Shown: positions 1 through 9,423 of the stretch, one piece after another | Layout: each line of letters starts with the position of its first letter | Numbering within the stretch: position 1 is the first letter of the stretch | Source of the DNA: Nitrospirota bacterium | Lineage (GTDB): Bacteria > Nitrospirota > UBA9217 | Assembly: GCA_963737155.1 (NCBI GenBank) | Contig: CAVTRN010000001.1 | Coordinates: 928,001-992,000 of the forward strand | Direction of reading: 5' to 3' | DNA length: 64,000 bases | The notes under the pieces: generated by a model | Databases searched by the model: none | Told to the model about the DNA's origin: nothing | The model's input: only the letters and a program-made list of their open reading frames with translations | Made by a program: the position numbers and the translations under genes

Positions 1-624
1 GATATGGCCGAGAGGGTCGGGGATTACTCCGGTTAGGAAGGTTGCATAGAGGACCATCACCGTACCCGCTATGCAGGTCATGCCCACAGTCATAAGCGAA
101 AAAATCTCGCTTCGGGTCATGCTCTTGAGATAGGGCTTGATGACAAGCGGAGCCTCGACCATGCCGAGAAAGATCGTTGTCGAAGCACCGAGACCGAGCG
201 CGCCGCCGATGTTCAGGGTTTTTTGGAGGACAAGGGAAAAGGATTTAACTATATAAGGAAGGATTCGCCAGTAAAAGAGCAGCGCCGAGAGAGCGCCGAT
301 TACGAGCACGAGCGGTAATGCCTGGAACGCGAGAATGAAGTTTGAGCCTGGATTCTGGAGCAGGAAGGGAGGTGTGCCGCCGCCGATGTACCCGAACACG
401 AAAGACGTGCCGGCCCTGGTCGCGGCTTCGAGGGACAGGACGACATTGTTTAGCAGCAGGAAAAACCTCTTGAATATCGGGATATAGAGCAGGGTCGCCG
501 CGATGCCGAACTGGACCAGGACACCGGTCAATATCGTTGTGTATCTGACTTTTTTTCTTCTTTCGCTGACCAGCCAGGCGATACCCAGGAAAACGAGAAT
601 ACCGAGAATGCCCTGAAGGTGCAT
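1..624 (-). CDS. nupC: NupC/NupG (CNT family) nucleoside:cation symporter, runs off the left edge
   Basis: Not in the ORF track. Hand translation from ATG 624 (SD CAGGAG) gives MHLQGILGILVFLGIAWLVSE...GTSFVFG...AFQALP...IFLGMVEAPLVIKPYL...IAGTV, which are typical CNT motifs. Confidence 0.9.
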   Translation of the reverse strand, partial: MHLQGILGILVFLGIAWLVSERRKKVRYTTILTGVLVQFGIAATLLYIPIFKRFFLLLNNVVLSLEAATRAGTSFVFGYIGGGTPPFLLQNPGSNFILAFQALPLVLVIGALSALLFYWRILPYIVKSFSLVLQKTLNIGGALGLGASTTIFLGMVEAPLVIKPYLKSMTRSEIFSLMTVGMTCIAGTVMVLYATFLTGVIPDPLGHI

Positions 625-871
625 GAAAACTCCTGTTCATAGCGTGGCCATTTGACTATCTGCGTCAGGCACGGTCTGCTAAAAAATCCCGACTGGGAAC
701 GGCATAAGCCGGCCTGAGACATCGCAGCTGGTTTCGAACGACTAACTCTCTCAAAAAGCCCTCCGGAACACACCCGGAAATTTAAATAACCCGCCTCATA
801 ATAATACTTGACTTCCTTGTGAAAAAGTGTCAATATATCTTTCAGAAGTTCCGGATGTACTTGTAGGGTAA

Positions 872-906
872 CCGCAAAGACATATCGACTTTGCGGCATT
901 TTTTTT
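872..906 (+). terminator. Terminator-like hairpin within the csp 5' leader
   Basis: CCGCAAAG-N9-CTTTGCGG followed by CA and T8, 45 nt upstream of the csp ATG. Confidence 0.55.
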
Positions 907-950
907 GTCCTTTTCCGTCGCTTCAATTCACAAGAAGGAGGTAGCTTATC

Positions 951-1151
951 ATGGAACAAGGTACGGTAAAGTGGTTCAATGATTCCAAAGGTTTTGGATT
1001 CATTACCCGTGAAAAGGGCGGCGATGTGTTCGTTCATTTCGGCGACATTCAGGACAGCGGCTTTAAGTCGTTGGCTGAAGGCCAGCAAGTGCAGTTCGAC
1101 GTTGTCGACTCACCCAAGGGCCCCAAAGCAGCTAATGTCGTAAAGCTCTAA
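951..1151 (+). CDS. csp: Cold-shock protein (CSD)
   Basis: GTVKWFN, RNP1 KGFGFI and RNP2 VFVHF motifs; SD AAGGAGG. Confidence 0.97.
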   Translation: MEQGTVKWFNDSKGFGFITREKGGDVFVHFGDIQDSGFKSLAEGQQVQFDVVDSPKGPKAANVVKL

Positions 1152-1169
1152 GCTAACGCTTAATTTTTC

Positions 1170-1204
1170 AAGCAGGTCCTGATCTTTTAGGTCCTGCTTT
1201 TTTC
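1170..1204 (+). terminator. Intrinsic terminator of csp
   Basis: AGCAGG..CCT/AGG..CCTGCT stem followed by a T run. Confidence 0.7.
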
Positions 1205-1388
1205 TTTGCCCGCTCTTCCGTCTTCCCGTCCCAGCCTGTCCTTTGTCGCTTTGTATACAGCGGTTCTCGTCACCAATGCTCATGTTTAATGCCCCGCTGC
1301 ATAAGATTTTTTACCGCGGAGATGCAAAGGCATTAGGAACACACCGACCTCTATGTTGCTTTGGTCCTGAGGTTTCGCCTTACAGTGG

Positions 1389-1451
1389 CTATTTTTTCTT
1401 GCTTTTCGGTTTTTTTGTTTCCTTCTTTGCACCTTGTCTTGAAGCCGCCAT
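1389..1451 (-). CDS. 20-aa Lys-rich micropeptide MAASRQGAKKETKKPKSKKK
   Basis: Near-perfect SD GGAGGTGA 5 nt before the ATG; TAG stop; below the ORF-track size cutoff. Confidence 0.55.
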   Translation of the reverse strand: MAASRQGAKKETKKPKSKKK

Positions 1452-1477
1452 TGTCATCACCTCCCTTATATATCAGC

Positions 1478-1687
1478 CTATATGCCCCTTCTTGACACTT
1501 GCTTGCATCTGCCCGTCCCTGTGCTTTTTGTGTCAGCCGCCGTCTCTATTTGGTCACTAAGCCTTCGGATGGCATGTTGGGATATTCTGAGTCTTTTATT
1601 TAGTTTGCGTTGTTTCGTATCCTCATTCTTTTTTTCTTTCTCAATTTTCTTCTGCCGCTTTTGAAAATTAATATTCGGCTTTTCCAA
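1478..1687 (-). CDS. Small basic protein (KPN-x-x-F-x-KRQK type); C-terminus possibly degenerate
   Basis: The N-terminus EKPNINFQKRQKKIEKEKK resembles, from memory, small basic proteins found near csp genes; TTG start with AAGGA upstream. Confidence 0.5.
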   Translation of the reverse strand: MEKPNINFQKRQKKIEKEKKNEDTKQRKLNKRLRISQHAIRRLSDQIETAADTKSTGTGRCKQVSRRGI

Positions 1688-2088
1688 TCTTCAGGTCCCT
1701 TAAATAAATTTTGCGAACGGTGCGGTACTTCCAGTCTAGGGACTTTACTATACTACAAGAGCGACCGACAACTGTATCACTATACCCAGATATTAACAGA
1801 AAGTATACCCATATGATGAATTTTTTGCGTGGCCAGTGACTACTGGTTACACGAGTTTTGTATTTTTTCGGCGCGCATACCGAAAAAGAATGTGCCTTAC
1901 CAAATCATCATCAAAAGTACCTTCCTGATAGTGATGTGTAACTGAGAACTGGTGTTGAATAGTATCTACATTTCAGGCCAGAAGTTAGAGGCAGTTGTTT
2001 CGATGAATTACACATCTTGTATCCGTTGATTAGGAGCGAATAGATGTTATCAGCGCTCAGCTGCGAAAATTTGCAGCCGATTGGGCTT

Positions 2089-3594
2089 TCAGGTTGAGGG
2101 AACAGAGGCTTTCCCCTTCGCTACGCGCACAAGGGTGTTGTTCTCGTTCAGTCCGTCTACAATGGCGCCCAAGCCGGCCATGTTCTGGAGGTAATTAAGG
2201 GCGGCCTGTGAAATTTCTTCTCCCGGGACGAGGAGGGGGATGCCGGGCGGGTACACGGTCACGATTTCCGTAGAAACCCTGCCCGTGGATTCGTTCACGT
2301 TTACCAACTCGCTATCGGAATAGAATGCCTCGCGCGGGGTCATGGCAAAACGGTTATTTAGCACCGGAGGATGAACCTGGTCCAAGGGCAGAAGTGCCCC
2401 CTGGAGCCCAGTCTCTGCCGAAATTTGATGGAGCGCGGCGACAAGGCGGTCTAGGTCATCCTGCCGGTCGCCAATGGAGACGATTACGAGCACATGGAAC
2501 GGGTCGGCCATCTCGACTTGAATGCCGAACCGGGTGTTCAGTAGATGGGAGACGTGGTAGCCGGAAAGCCCCATGTCCGAGACCGTGATTGTAAGCTTGG
2601 TCACGTCCATATCCGCCATCCCCACCTGTTTTGCCCGATCTTTACCGAAGCAGGTGATGCCACTCACATTGTTGATTTTTTCCCGCGCCTCCTCGGCCAG
2701 CTTAATGGTCCGGTTCAGGAGCTTCTTTCCTTCCGTGGCCATCTGCATCCGTGCCAAGTCTAGTGAAGCCATGAGGATATAGGACGGGCTCGTGGTCTGA
2801 AGGAGCTTCAAGGTATTGGTTACATCGTCGATATTGATCCTGCCTGCCCTTGCGTGCAGCATCGAGGCCTGGGTCATGCCGCCCACGATCTTGTGAGTGG
2901 ACTGGACACAAAGGTCCGCACCAGCCTCTAGAGCGCATTTGGGGAGTTTGGGGTTAAACTTGAGATGAGGTCCGTGTGCTTCATCCACGAACACGATAAG
3001 ACCTTTCTCGTGAGCGTAGGGGATGATTTTTTCGATGTCCGCACAGAGGCCATAATAGTTTGGGGTCGTGATAAGGAGTCCACGGGCGTCGGGGTTCGCA
3101 TCGATGGCTTGCCTCACCGTTTCAAACGTAACGTTCAGGGTAAGTTTGAGGTCGCGATCAAAAGCAGGCTGAAAAAAGATCGGCTGGGCGCCGCTCATGA
3201 TCAAGCCGGTCAATACCGACCTATGGCAATTTCTCGCGATCAGGACTTTGTCTCCAGGGCCGGTCGCAGACGCAACCATGGCATGATTGCCGACAGTCGT
3301 ACCGTTTACCAGAAAGTAGGAGCGGTCCGCCCCTGCTGCCTTAGCCGCGAGTTCTTGGGCCTCCTTGATTACGCCGGTGGGGTTCTGGAGGGAATCTACT
3401 TCGTCGAGGGTCGTCAGGTCGATGGAAAAGATGCGCGGCCCCACAAACTTGCGGAACCTGGTGGAAATGCCTTTGCCGCTTTTATGTCCGGGGGTATGGA
3501 AGGAAACCTTGTGGCTCTCCGCCAGATTGACCATTGCGTCAAAGAGAGGTGTGCGAAACTGCTCATCCTCGGATCGGTGAGAAAGAGGAATCAT
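2089..3594 (-). CDS. PLP-dependent Arg/Lys/Orn decarboxylase (fold I, SpeA-like)
   Basis: SFHTPGHK, LVNGTT, DEAHG, QSTHK (PLP lysine), TTSPSY and YPPGIP motifs; in an operon with speD and speE. Confidence 0.93.
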   Translation of the reverse strand: MIPLSHRSEDEQFRTPLFDAMVNLAESHKVSFHTPGHKSGKGISTRFRKFVGPRIFSIDLTTLDEVDSLQNPTGVIKEAQELAAKAAGADRSYFLVNGTTVGNHAMVASATGPGDKVLIARNCHRSVLTGLIMSGAQPIFFQPAFDRDLKLTLNVTFETVRQAIDANPDARGLLITTPNYYGLCADIEKIIPYAHEKGLIVFVDEAHGPHLKFNPKLPKCALEAGADLCVQSTHKIVGGMTQASMLHARAGRINIDDVTNTLKLLQTTSPSYILMASLDLARMQMATEGKKLLNRTIKLAEEAREKINNVSGITCFGKDRAKQVGMADMDVTKLTITVSDMGLSGYHVSHLLNTRFGIQVEMADPFHVLVIVSIGDRQDDLDRLVAALHQISAETGLQGALLPLDQVHPPVLNNRFAMTPREAFYSDSELVNVNESTGRVSTEIVTVYPPGIPLLVPGEEISQAALNYLQNMAGLGAIVDGLNENNTLVRVAKGKASVPST

Positions 3595-3600
3595 GGCCTC

Positions 3601-4521
3601 TTAATGGTACGTGAATAACGGCGCGTTATCTTCGATTATTTTCGTCTCTTCCGCCAGGGCTTTGCGGATATGCTTTGGAAGCATGTACATGCCCCGATTG
3701 GTGATGCCATCATAGTAACGGTTTTCGCCCTTGATCCGGCTCCTGATCAAATCATCCACATGCTGGGGAGTGAAAATACTCGGATCGAGGTTTTTTGATG
3801 CCAGGTTGAAGCCCCAAGGAAGACCGAAAGACGGTATGCACACATTATAAGGGGTAACAACGGGGAAAACCGAGTTTAGAGTCTTGTTTACCGCAGTGAA
3901 GTTCAAAAGCTGGTGCAGAGCCGTGGTGCCGGCTTGGAGGGCGATCGTTCCGTCCGGCGTAAGACGTTCTTTCACGATCTCATAGAATTCGCGCGTGAAC
4001 AAGAGGTAGGCAGGTCCTTCCTCAACAGGTTCAGAAATGTCAATGATTATGGCATCATAGTTGTCGGTGGTTTCTTCCAAGTACTTGCGAGCGTCCATGA
4101 ACCGGAGGTCTGTCCGCGGGTCATCAAATGCGCCCTGGTGCCACTCGGGAAGCAGTTCCTTCGATTTTTCGACCACTTCCTGGTCGATGTCTACCATCAT
4201 GCAATATTCGACGCTCTTGTGTCGGAGCACCTCGCGCAACGTAGCTCCTTCACCGCCACCCACGATAAAGACCCGTTTCGGATTCGGGTGAGTTAAAAGC
4301 GCGGGGTGGACCAGTGCCTCATGATATATGAACTCGTCGGTGAGGGACGACTGCATCTTACCGTCCAGAACGAGGCACCGTCCATAGCTTCCGCTTTCCA
4401 TGATCTCCATGTTCTGGTACTTGGTCTGGCTCGCGTAGTGGATGTTGCGGATCCCGTGTATGTGGCCTTCCTGGGGACTCGTATACTCTATGAACCATTT
4501 GTAGCTTTTAGGCTCGATCAT
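3601..4521 (-). CDS. speE: Spermidine synthase / polyamine aminopropyltransferase
   Basis: LVLDGKMQS, DEFIYHE, VGGGEGATLRE and IIID motifs. Confidence 0.95.
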   Translation of the reverse strand: MIEPKSYKWFIEYTSPQEGHIHGIRNIHYASQTKYQNMEIMESGSYGRCLVLDGKMQSSLTDEFIYHEALVHPALLTHPNPKRVFIVGGGEGATLREVLRHKSVEYCMMVDIDQEVVEKSKELLPEWHQGAFDDPRTDLRFMDARKYLEETTDNYDAIIIDISEPVEEGPAYLLFTREFYEIVKERLTPDGTIALQAGTTALHQLLNFTAVNKTLNSVFPVVTPYNVCIPSFGLPWGFNLASKNLDPSIFTPQHVDDLIRSRIKGENRYYDGITNRGMYMLPKHIRKALAEETKIIEDNAPLFTYH

Positions 4522-4919
4522 GCTGAAACCAAGTCTTCCTGTACAACCGGTTTGTGCGGAAGCTTCTCGTGGCCGAGGATTCCCCGCTTCATCTCGATGA
4601 TGGAGGGATTTCTGGACTCAAATTTTTCGATAAGGAATTTTGCGGCGACCCGAGGATCAATAAGGTCTCCACAGGTGAAGACATCTACTGCGGCGTAGCC
4701 GTATTCCGGCCATGTGTGGATGGCAAGATGGGATTCGGCGATTACCACCATCCCGCTGATACCGAAGGGGCTGAATTCGTGGAAAGCGACTTCAACAATA
4801 GTCGCTTTGGCCTCGAGAGCTGCATTTTTAAGTGCTTCCTGTACAAACTCTAAGTTGCTGAGGGTTTTGGAGTTGCAGTCTTTCAACTCCAACAATAGGT
4901 GGGTCCCCAACGCGTGCAA
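4518..4919 (-). CDS. speD: S-adenosylmethionine decarboxylase proenzyme
   Basis: AESH pyruvoyl cleavage site, IHTWPE and DVFTCG motifs. TTG start at 4919 has SD AAGGAGGT; 4-nt overlap with speE. Confidence 0.93.
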   Translation of the reverse strand: MHALGTHLLLELKDCNSKTLSNLEFVQEALKNAALEAKATIVEVAFHEFSPFGISGMVVIAESHLAIHTWPEYGYAAVDVFTCGDLIDPRVAAKFLIEKFESRNPSIIEMKRGILGHEKLPHKPVVQEDLVSA

Positions 4920-5399
4920 CCTGTTTACCTCCTTCTCCGCCCGCCGATCCTGCTTCCCGACAACGTCGGGATTCTGCGAGCACCGCCTTCCGCTCCCGCG
5001 GAAGGGCTTGTTGTCCGAATCCAACCCGCCTCAAGTTCAGACGGAGCGATCAGCATCACAATTTAAACTTCATTTATCAAAAATACCGTTCTTTGTCAAG
5101 AGTAAAAATGATTCTCGGCTATTATTTTCCTTCGGAGCCTTTTTTGCATTCGCAAGAGCGCGCATGCAACAACATATCGGCAACTTCGAGCCCATTTTTT
5201 TGAAGCGCAATATACTCCTTTTCGCAGAGAATGCAAGAGAAAACTGATTTCCGATGAAAAAAATCTTTACTTCCTCTCCCGACTGATTTACTATTGCTCG
5301 CTGCTCTCCTCCGGAGGGCAACCTGAGCGTTGAAAGCGGAATGGTGTCGCCTTTCATATCCGCTTTCAGCCTCTGAACGCAGTTATTTGGAGGTACCTT

Positions 5400-6080
5400 A
5401 TGTCCGCAACCCCCAAGGAGTTCGTAGAAATCGCTTCGGTTCTTGTCAACCCTGAGATATTCACTCGTCCTTATACCTGCGACGTGGAAAAATATGGATG
5501 CAAATCCATGTGCTGCTACCGTTCCTGCATCGTTCCGCCCGCGGAGGCGAAAAAAGTGGAGCAGCATCTCGATGGAATCCTTGCCTACCTGTCTCCGGAG
5601 AATCGGGAGGCGGTAAAAAAGAACGGGTCGATCCTTGGAAATTGCACCACCCAGTGCCCTGCGGGCTGCGTGATTCATGAAGATGAGGCCCAGGCTATTC
5701 GCAGGAACTTCGGTGGTCAGGATTTCCGCTGTGTGCTCCTGTTCAATAACGACTGTGCCCTGATTTACACCAATAAAGAAGGCATGAGATACTGCAGCGT
5801 TCACAGCTATGCCATAGAAAAGGGCATGGTCTGGGAGGAGTTCAAGTTTGCTGACTGCGTCCAATACCCCTTGGCCTTCTATTTCAGCGATGAAGGCAAA
5901 AAAGTGCTTTCCATCCAGGATACGCCCTACCTGAACCATATCAAATGTATGACGGAACCGTCGGGAGAACCTATGTACAGGAGTCTCAGGAAGACAATCG
6001 AGACTTTCATGGGAAGGGACTTCTACAAAGAGCTGGAAACCTATGCAAAAAGGAAACACCTCTACCCCAGCCGCTCTTAG
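5400..6080 (+). CDS. Cys-rich DUF3109/YkgJ-like (Fe-S/Zn-chelating) protein
   Basis: CDxxxxGCKSMCC, C-VLL, CSVH and C-x-x-YPL patterns; SD GGAGG. Confidence 0.7.
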   Translation: MSATPKEFVEIASVLVNPEIFTRPYTCDVEKYGCKSMCCYRSCIVPPAEAKKVEQHLDGILAYLSPENREAVKKNGSILGNCTTQCPAGCVIHEDEAQAIRRNFGGQDFRCVLLFNNDCALIYTNKEGMRYCSVHSYAIEKGMVWEEFKFADCVQYPLAFYFSDEGKKVLSIQDTPYLNHIKCMTEPSGEPMYRSLRKTIETFMGRDFYKELETYAKRKHLYPSRS

Positions 6081-6316
6081 AGTCTTCCCCGGTCATATGA
6101 CTTTCGCAAGACCGTGGCTGCCGGATGGTCGGTAAAAAAACCTGCTATTACCTTTCATGGCGCGTCGAAAACTCATTCAAGTGTTCTGGTCAAGGCCGGG
6201 GGCATTGAAATTATCGGTCACAGACCGTTCGCAATGAACTTGCCAATCTAGGCAAAACGTTTTCCAACTAGTCTTTGAGAACTATCTCTTAGTCCCCATA
6301 GGTTCCGCTTTCGTTT

Positions 6317-6730
6317 TCAGCCTTCGTACTTCGATATATGAATTTTTTCAGCCGGTATCTCGGAGGCTGCTTTTCTGACCATTTCATCGCAGCTTGGTGC
6401 ATGAACGAAGAGATTGTTGCCGAGGTAAATGCCGACGTGCGAATATTTTTCCCGTCTTCTTCAAAAAAGAGCAGGCCACTTCTTCGGGCGATGCGCATGC
6501 TCAGAGACTTAGTTACTTTCATCAGAAACTCTGTCCCGAGTGGAGCATCTATCCCGGCGGTGAGGTAGCTGTACCGGAACAGGCTGCTGCAATCGAATCC
6601 CTCGGGGGCTGTTTCCCCGGTAATGGTAGGGGAGAGCGCCGTTCGCGTGGCCTTTTCTCCTGCCGCGCATGAGTAGACTGTTATTGATCTTGAAGGCGCG
6701 AAGCCCAGCCTGATAAAGTGCCAGCACCAA
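6317..6730 (-). pseudogene. NlpC/P60 peptidoglycan endopeptidase remnant with at least 2 frameshifts
   Basis: PYHYRGNSP, GFDCSSL and KYSHVGIYLGNNLFVHAPS occur in order but are separated by frameshifts. Confidence 0.8.
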
Positions 6731-6896
6731 GCGTAACGATCAAGAAAATTAAAATTGTTCCCCGGTTTGCTCCTTTGTTTTCTGACATGACGTCTAGAGA
6801 AATGAACATCACGGATGATGTCAAAGAAATCGCACGAGACTGTCATGGTCACATGCCGATCTCGCATGATGCGCTCCGAGCAGACCCAGAAACCCC

Positions 6897-6925
6897 TTGA
6901 CCCCTCCTGAGCAGACTGTTATATT
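6897..6925 (+). promoter_or_regulatory. Sigma70 promoter, predicted leaderless acsV transcript
   Basis: TTGACC-N17-TATATT with extended TG; ATG starts 7 nt after the -10 box; no SD. Confidence 0.65.
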
Positions 6926-6931
6926 CTGCCT

Positions 6932-8854
6932 ATGATAAGAAATATTACCTTTCAGCCCGACAATGTCACCGTTACTGTAGATGACAATACAAATCTTTTC
7001 AAGGCTGTGAAGGCGGCGGGCCTATATGTTCTTTCGTCGTGCGGCGGCAAGGGCAACTGCGGAAAGTGCAAGGTCGTGATCAAGGAGGGGACTGTCAAGC
7101 CCGGAAAATCCAGCTCCTTCCTGACCACGGAGGAGCAAGGCATGAACTACGTACTTGCCTGCCACTCGACGGTCACCAGCGATCTTATCATCGAAATCCC
7201 GCCGGAGTCCCGCATGCAGGCCAAACACAAGATTGCAACGGGAGAGAAGACGGAGGAGCTTCTGAGGCTCATGCAGGCCGCTGGTGGTTGCCTGGAGTCT
7301 CGCATCAAGCGCATCTATCTTGAGATCACCCCCCCCACAATCGATGACAACATTTCGGACTATGAGCGGCTGCGGCGCGCCCTCGACAACGCGGGTTTCG
7401 ATGCTTCGCACCTGCACATGAGCCACCAGGTTCTTTTCAAGCTCCCGCACGCGCTGCGGGAAGGCGGGTGGAAGGCCACGGTATCCCTTTTTCACGTGGG
7501 CGACGTGCTTGAGGTGCTCGATATCTATCCCGGCGAGGTGACCTATAAACGGTACGGGGCTGCGGTGGACATTGGCACGACCACGGTAGTTGTCTATCTC
7601 GTGGACATGTCAAACGGTTATATCCTCGGTACGGCATCGACCTATAATAGTCAGGTCAAGTTCGGAGACGATGTTATCACGCGTATTGTCTACGCCTCAG
7701 AGCGCAACGGTTTGCGGGAACTCCAGGAACTGGTAGTAGGGAACATCAATTCGATGCTCGCCGAGCTGGCCGAGAAAAACAACGTTCCGCCCGGGATGGT
7801 CGATTATATCGTTGTTTCCGGTAATACGACGATGGAGCACCTGTTCTATGGCATCGATCCGCAGTTTATCCGTGAGGAGCCCTATATCCCGGTGGCAGCC
7901 TTTTTCCCGCTTGTCCGGGGCAAGAGCGTTGGGTTCCAGCTCGACCCCCAGGCCATGGTCTATTCGATGCCCAATGTGGCCAGTTACGTGGGCGGCGATA
8001 TCACCGCCGGGGTGCTCGTGTCGCAGATGCACAAGCAGGAGAGTGTATCGCTCTTCATCGATGTGGGCACCAACGGCGAGATTGTGCTTGGGAACAAGGA
8101 CTGGCTTGTGACCGCGGCATGCTCGGCCGGCCCGTGCTTCGAAGGGAGCGGCATCAAGTATGGCATGCGTGCCATGGAAGGTGCTATCGAGGAAGTCGAA
8201 ATCGACTCCAAAACGCTTGATGTGAACTACCGCGTCATCGGCGATGTGAAGCCCATCGGCATTTGCGGTTCAGGCATGATCGATATTCTCGCCGAGATGT
8301 ATTTGAACGACGTCATTGACCAAAAGGGCAAGATCAGGGAGGAGCTGGGTTCCAAACGCATCCGCCACGGTGAGAGCGGACTAGAATTCGTGCTCGCGTG
8401 GCGCATCGAGAGCGCCATTAACAAGGAAATAGTGATCACGGAAGTGGACTTGGACAACCTCATCCGCGCGAAAGCCGCGATATATGCTGGCTTTGCAACG
8501 CTGATTGCGCACATGGGCATGAAATTTGGGGATCTTGATAAACTTTTTATCGCCGGCGGGTTTGGCCGATATATCGATGTGGAGCGGGCGATTACGATCG
8601 GAATGCTACCCGATCTGCGAATCGAGAAATTCCAGTTTCTCGGCAATACGTCTATCATGGGCGCCTACTACGGTCTTCTGTGCGACCGTCTGCGGCATGA
8701 GGCGGAGGAGATTGCTAAGAAGATGACCTATATCGAGCTATCCGTCTCGCGTAGCTTCATGGATGAGTACATGTCGGCGCTCTTCCTGCCGCACACGGAT
8801 ATGAATGCTTTCCCGACTGTGAAGAAGGAACTAGAGGAGCGCAAGAGGCAGTAG
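6932..8854 (+). CDS. acsV: Reductive activator of corrinoid protein (RACo/AcsV; 2Fe-2S plus ASKHA ATPase)
   Basis: CGGKGNCGKC...LAC ferredoxin; DIGTTT, DVGTNGE, GICGSG and AGGFG ASKHA motifs. Confidence 0.9.
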   Translation: MIRNITFQPDNVTVTVDDNTNLFKAVKAAGLYVLSSCGGKGNCGKCKVVIKEGTVKPGKSSSFLTTEEQGMNYVLACHSTVTSDLIIEIPPESRMQAKHKIATGEKTEELLRLMQAAGGCLESRIKRIYLEITPPTIDDNISDYERLRRALDNAGFDASHLHMSHQVLFKLPHALREGGWKATVSLFHVGDVLEVLDIYPGEVTYKRYGAAVDIGTTTVVVYLVDMSNGYILGTASTYNSQVKFGDDVITRIVYASERNGLRELQELVVGNINSMLAELAEKNNVPPGMVDYIVVSGNTTMEHLFYGIDPQFIREEPYIPVAAFFPLVRGKSVGFQLDPQAMVYSMPNVASYVGGDITAGVLVSQMHKQESVSLFIDVGTNGEIVLGNKDWLVTAACSAGPCFEGSGIKYGMRAMEGAIEEVEIDSKTLDVNYRVIGDVKPIGICGSGMIDILAEMYLNDVIDQKGKIREELGSKRIRHGESGLEFVLAWRIESAINKEIVITEVDLDNLIRAKAAIYAGFATLIAHMGMKFGDLDKLFIAGGFGRYIDVERAITIGMLPDLRIEKFQFLGNTSIMGAYYGLLCDRLRHEAEEIAKKMTYIELSVSRSFMDEYMSALFLPHTDMNAFPTVKKELEERKRQ

Positions 8855-9423
8855 AGGGCGAGGGATACGTTGCAACCTACGCGCCCCGCTGTTTATTCCC
8901 CTAATTCTATTATCATGCGGTAAGTCGATGGGTACTTGGCCCGCTCGTTTGGTGACGAAGTAACCGTGGAAGTGATCGCAAACACTATATTCGGTATCAC
9001 CATGATGAACAAATATGTATAAGATTCTCGCTAAAATGCGTGACAATATGCGGCGAGGCATTTTACTGTGAATGTTGCAGGTTGGGGCTTCCTGATTGCT
9101 GTGGGATATGTGTTCGGTTTTAAAAGCGGCTATTCCGCCATGCTTCTCGAACCCCTTCTGTATAAGACTATGCATGAAAAAATGGGTTTTGGTAAATAAC
9201 CTACCGCGCCACTGACTCTGCAGGTTTCCGGACCTGACGGGGTTAGGTAACGAGGTCTCGTTGCGCTAGATTCCTTGCTCGCCTACATTATTTTGGGGAA
9301 AGACAAATTATTCAATCGCAACTTACGCGTGCTCTCTCACCCCCGATATCTTTTTCAAAACACCGGGCTAGGAATTTGTTTTGCTCAGCCTGCAGGTTCT
9401 CAGGAATGCAAAATGTGATACAT

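Noticed and set aside
245-1088. Minus-strand ORFs 245..640 and 528..1088
   Set aside because: They are off-frame shadows of nupC and antisense to csp, with no recognisable motifs.
5070-6059. 329-aa minus-strand ORF
   Set aside because: It is antisense to the Cys-rich gene, which has an SD and family motifs.
9215-9265. Resemblance to the P2 arm of a c-di-GMP-I riboswitch
   Set aside because: The GGCAAA...GAAA...GACGCAAA core is absent.
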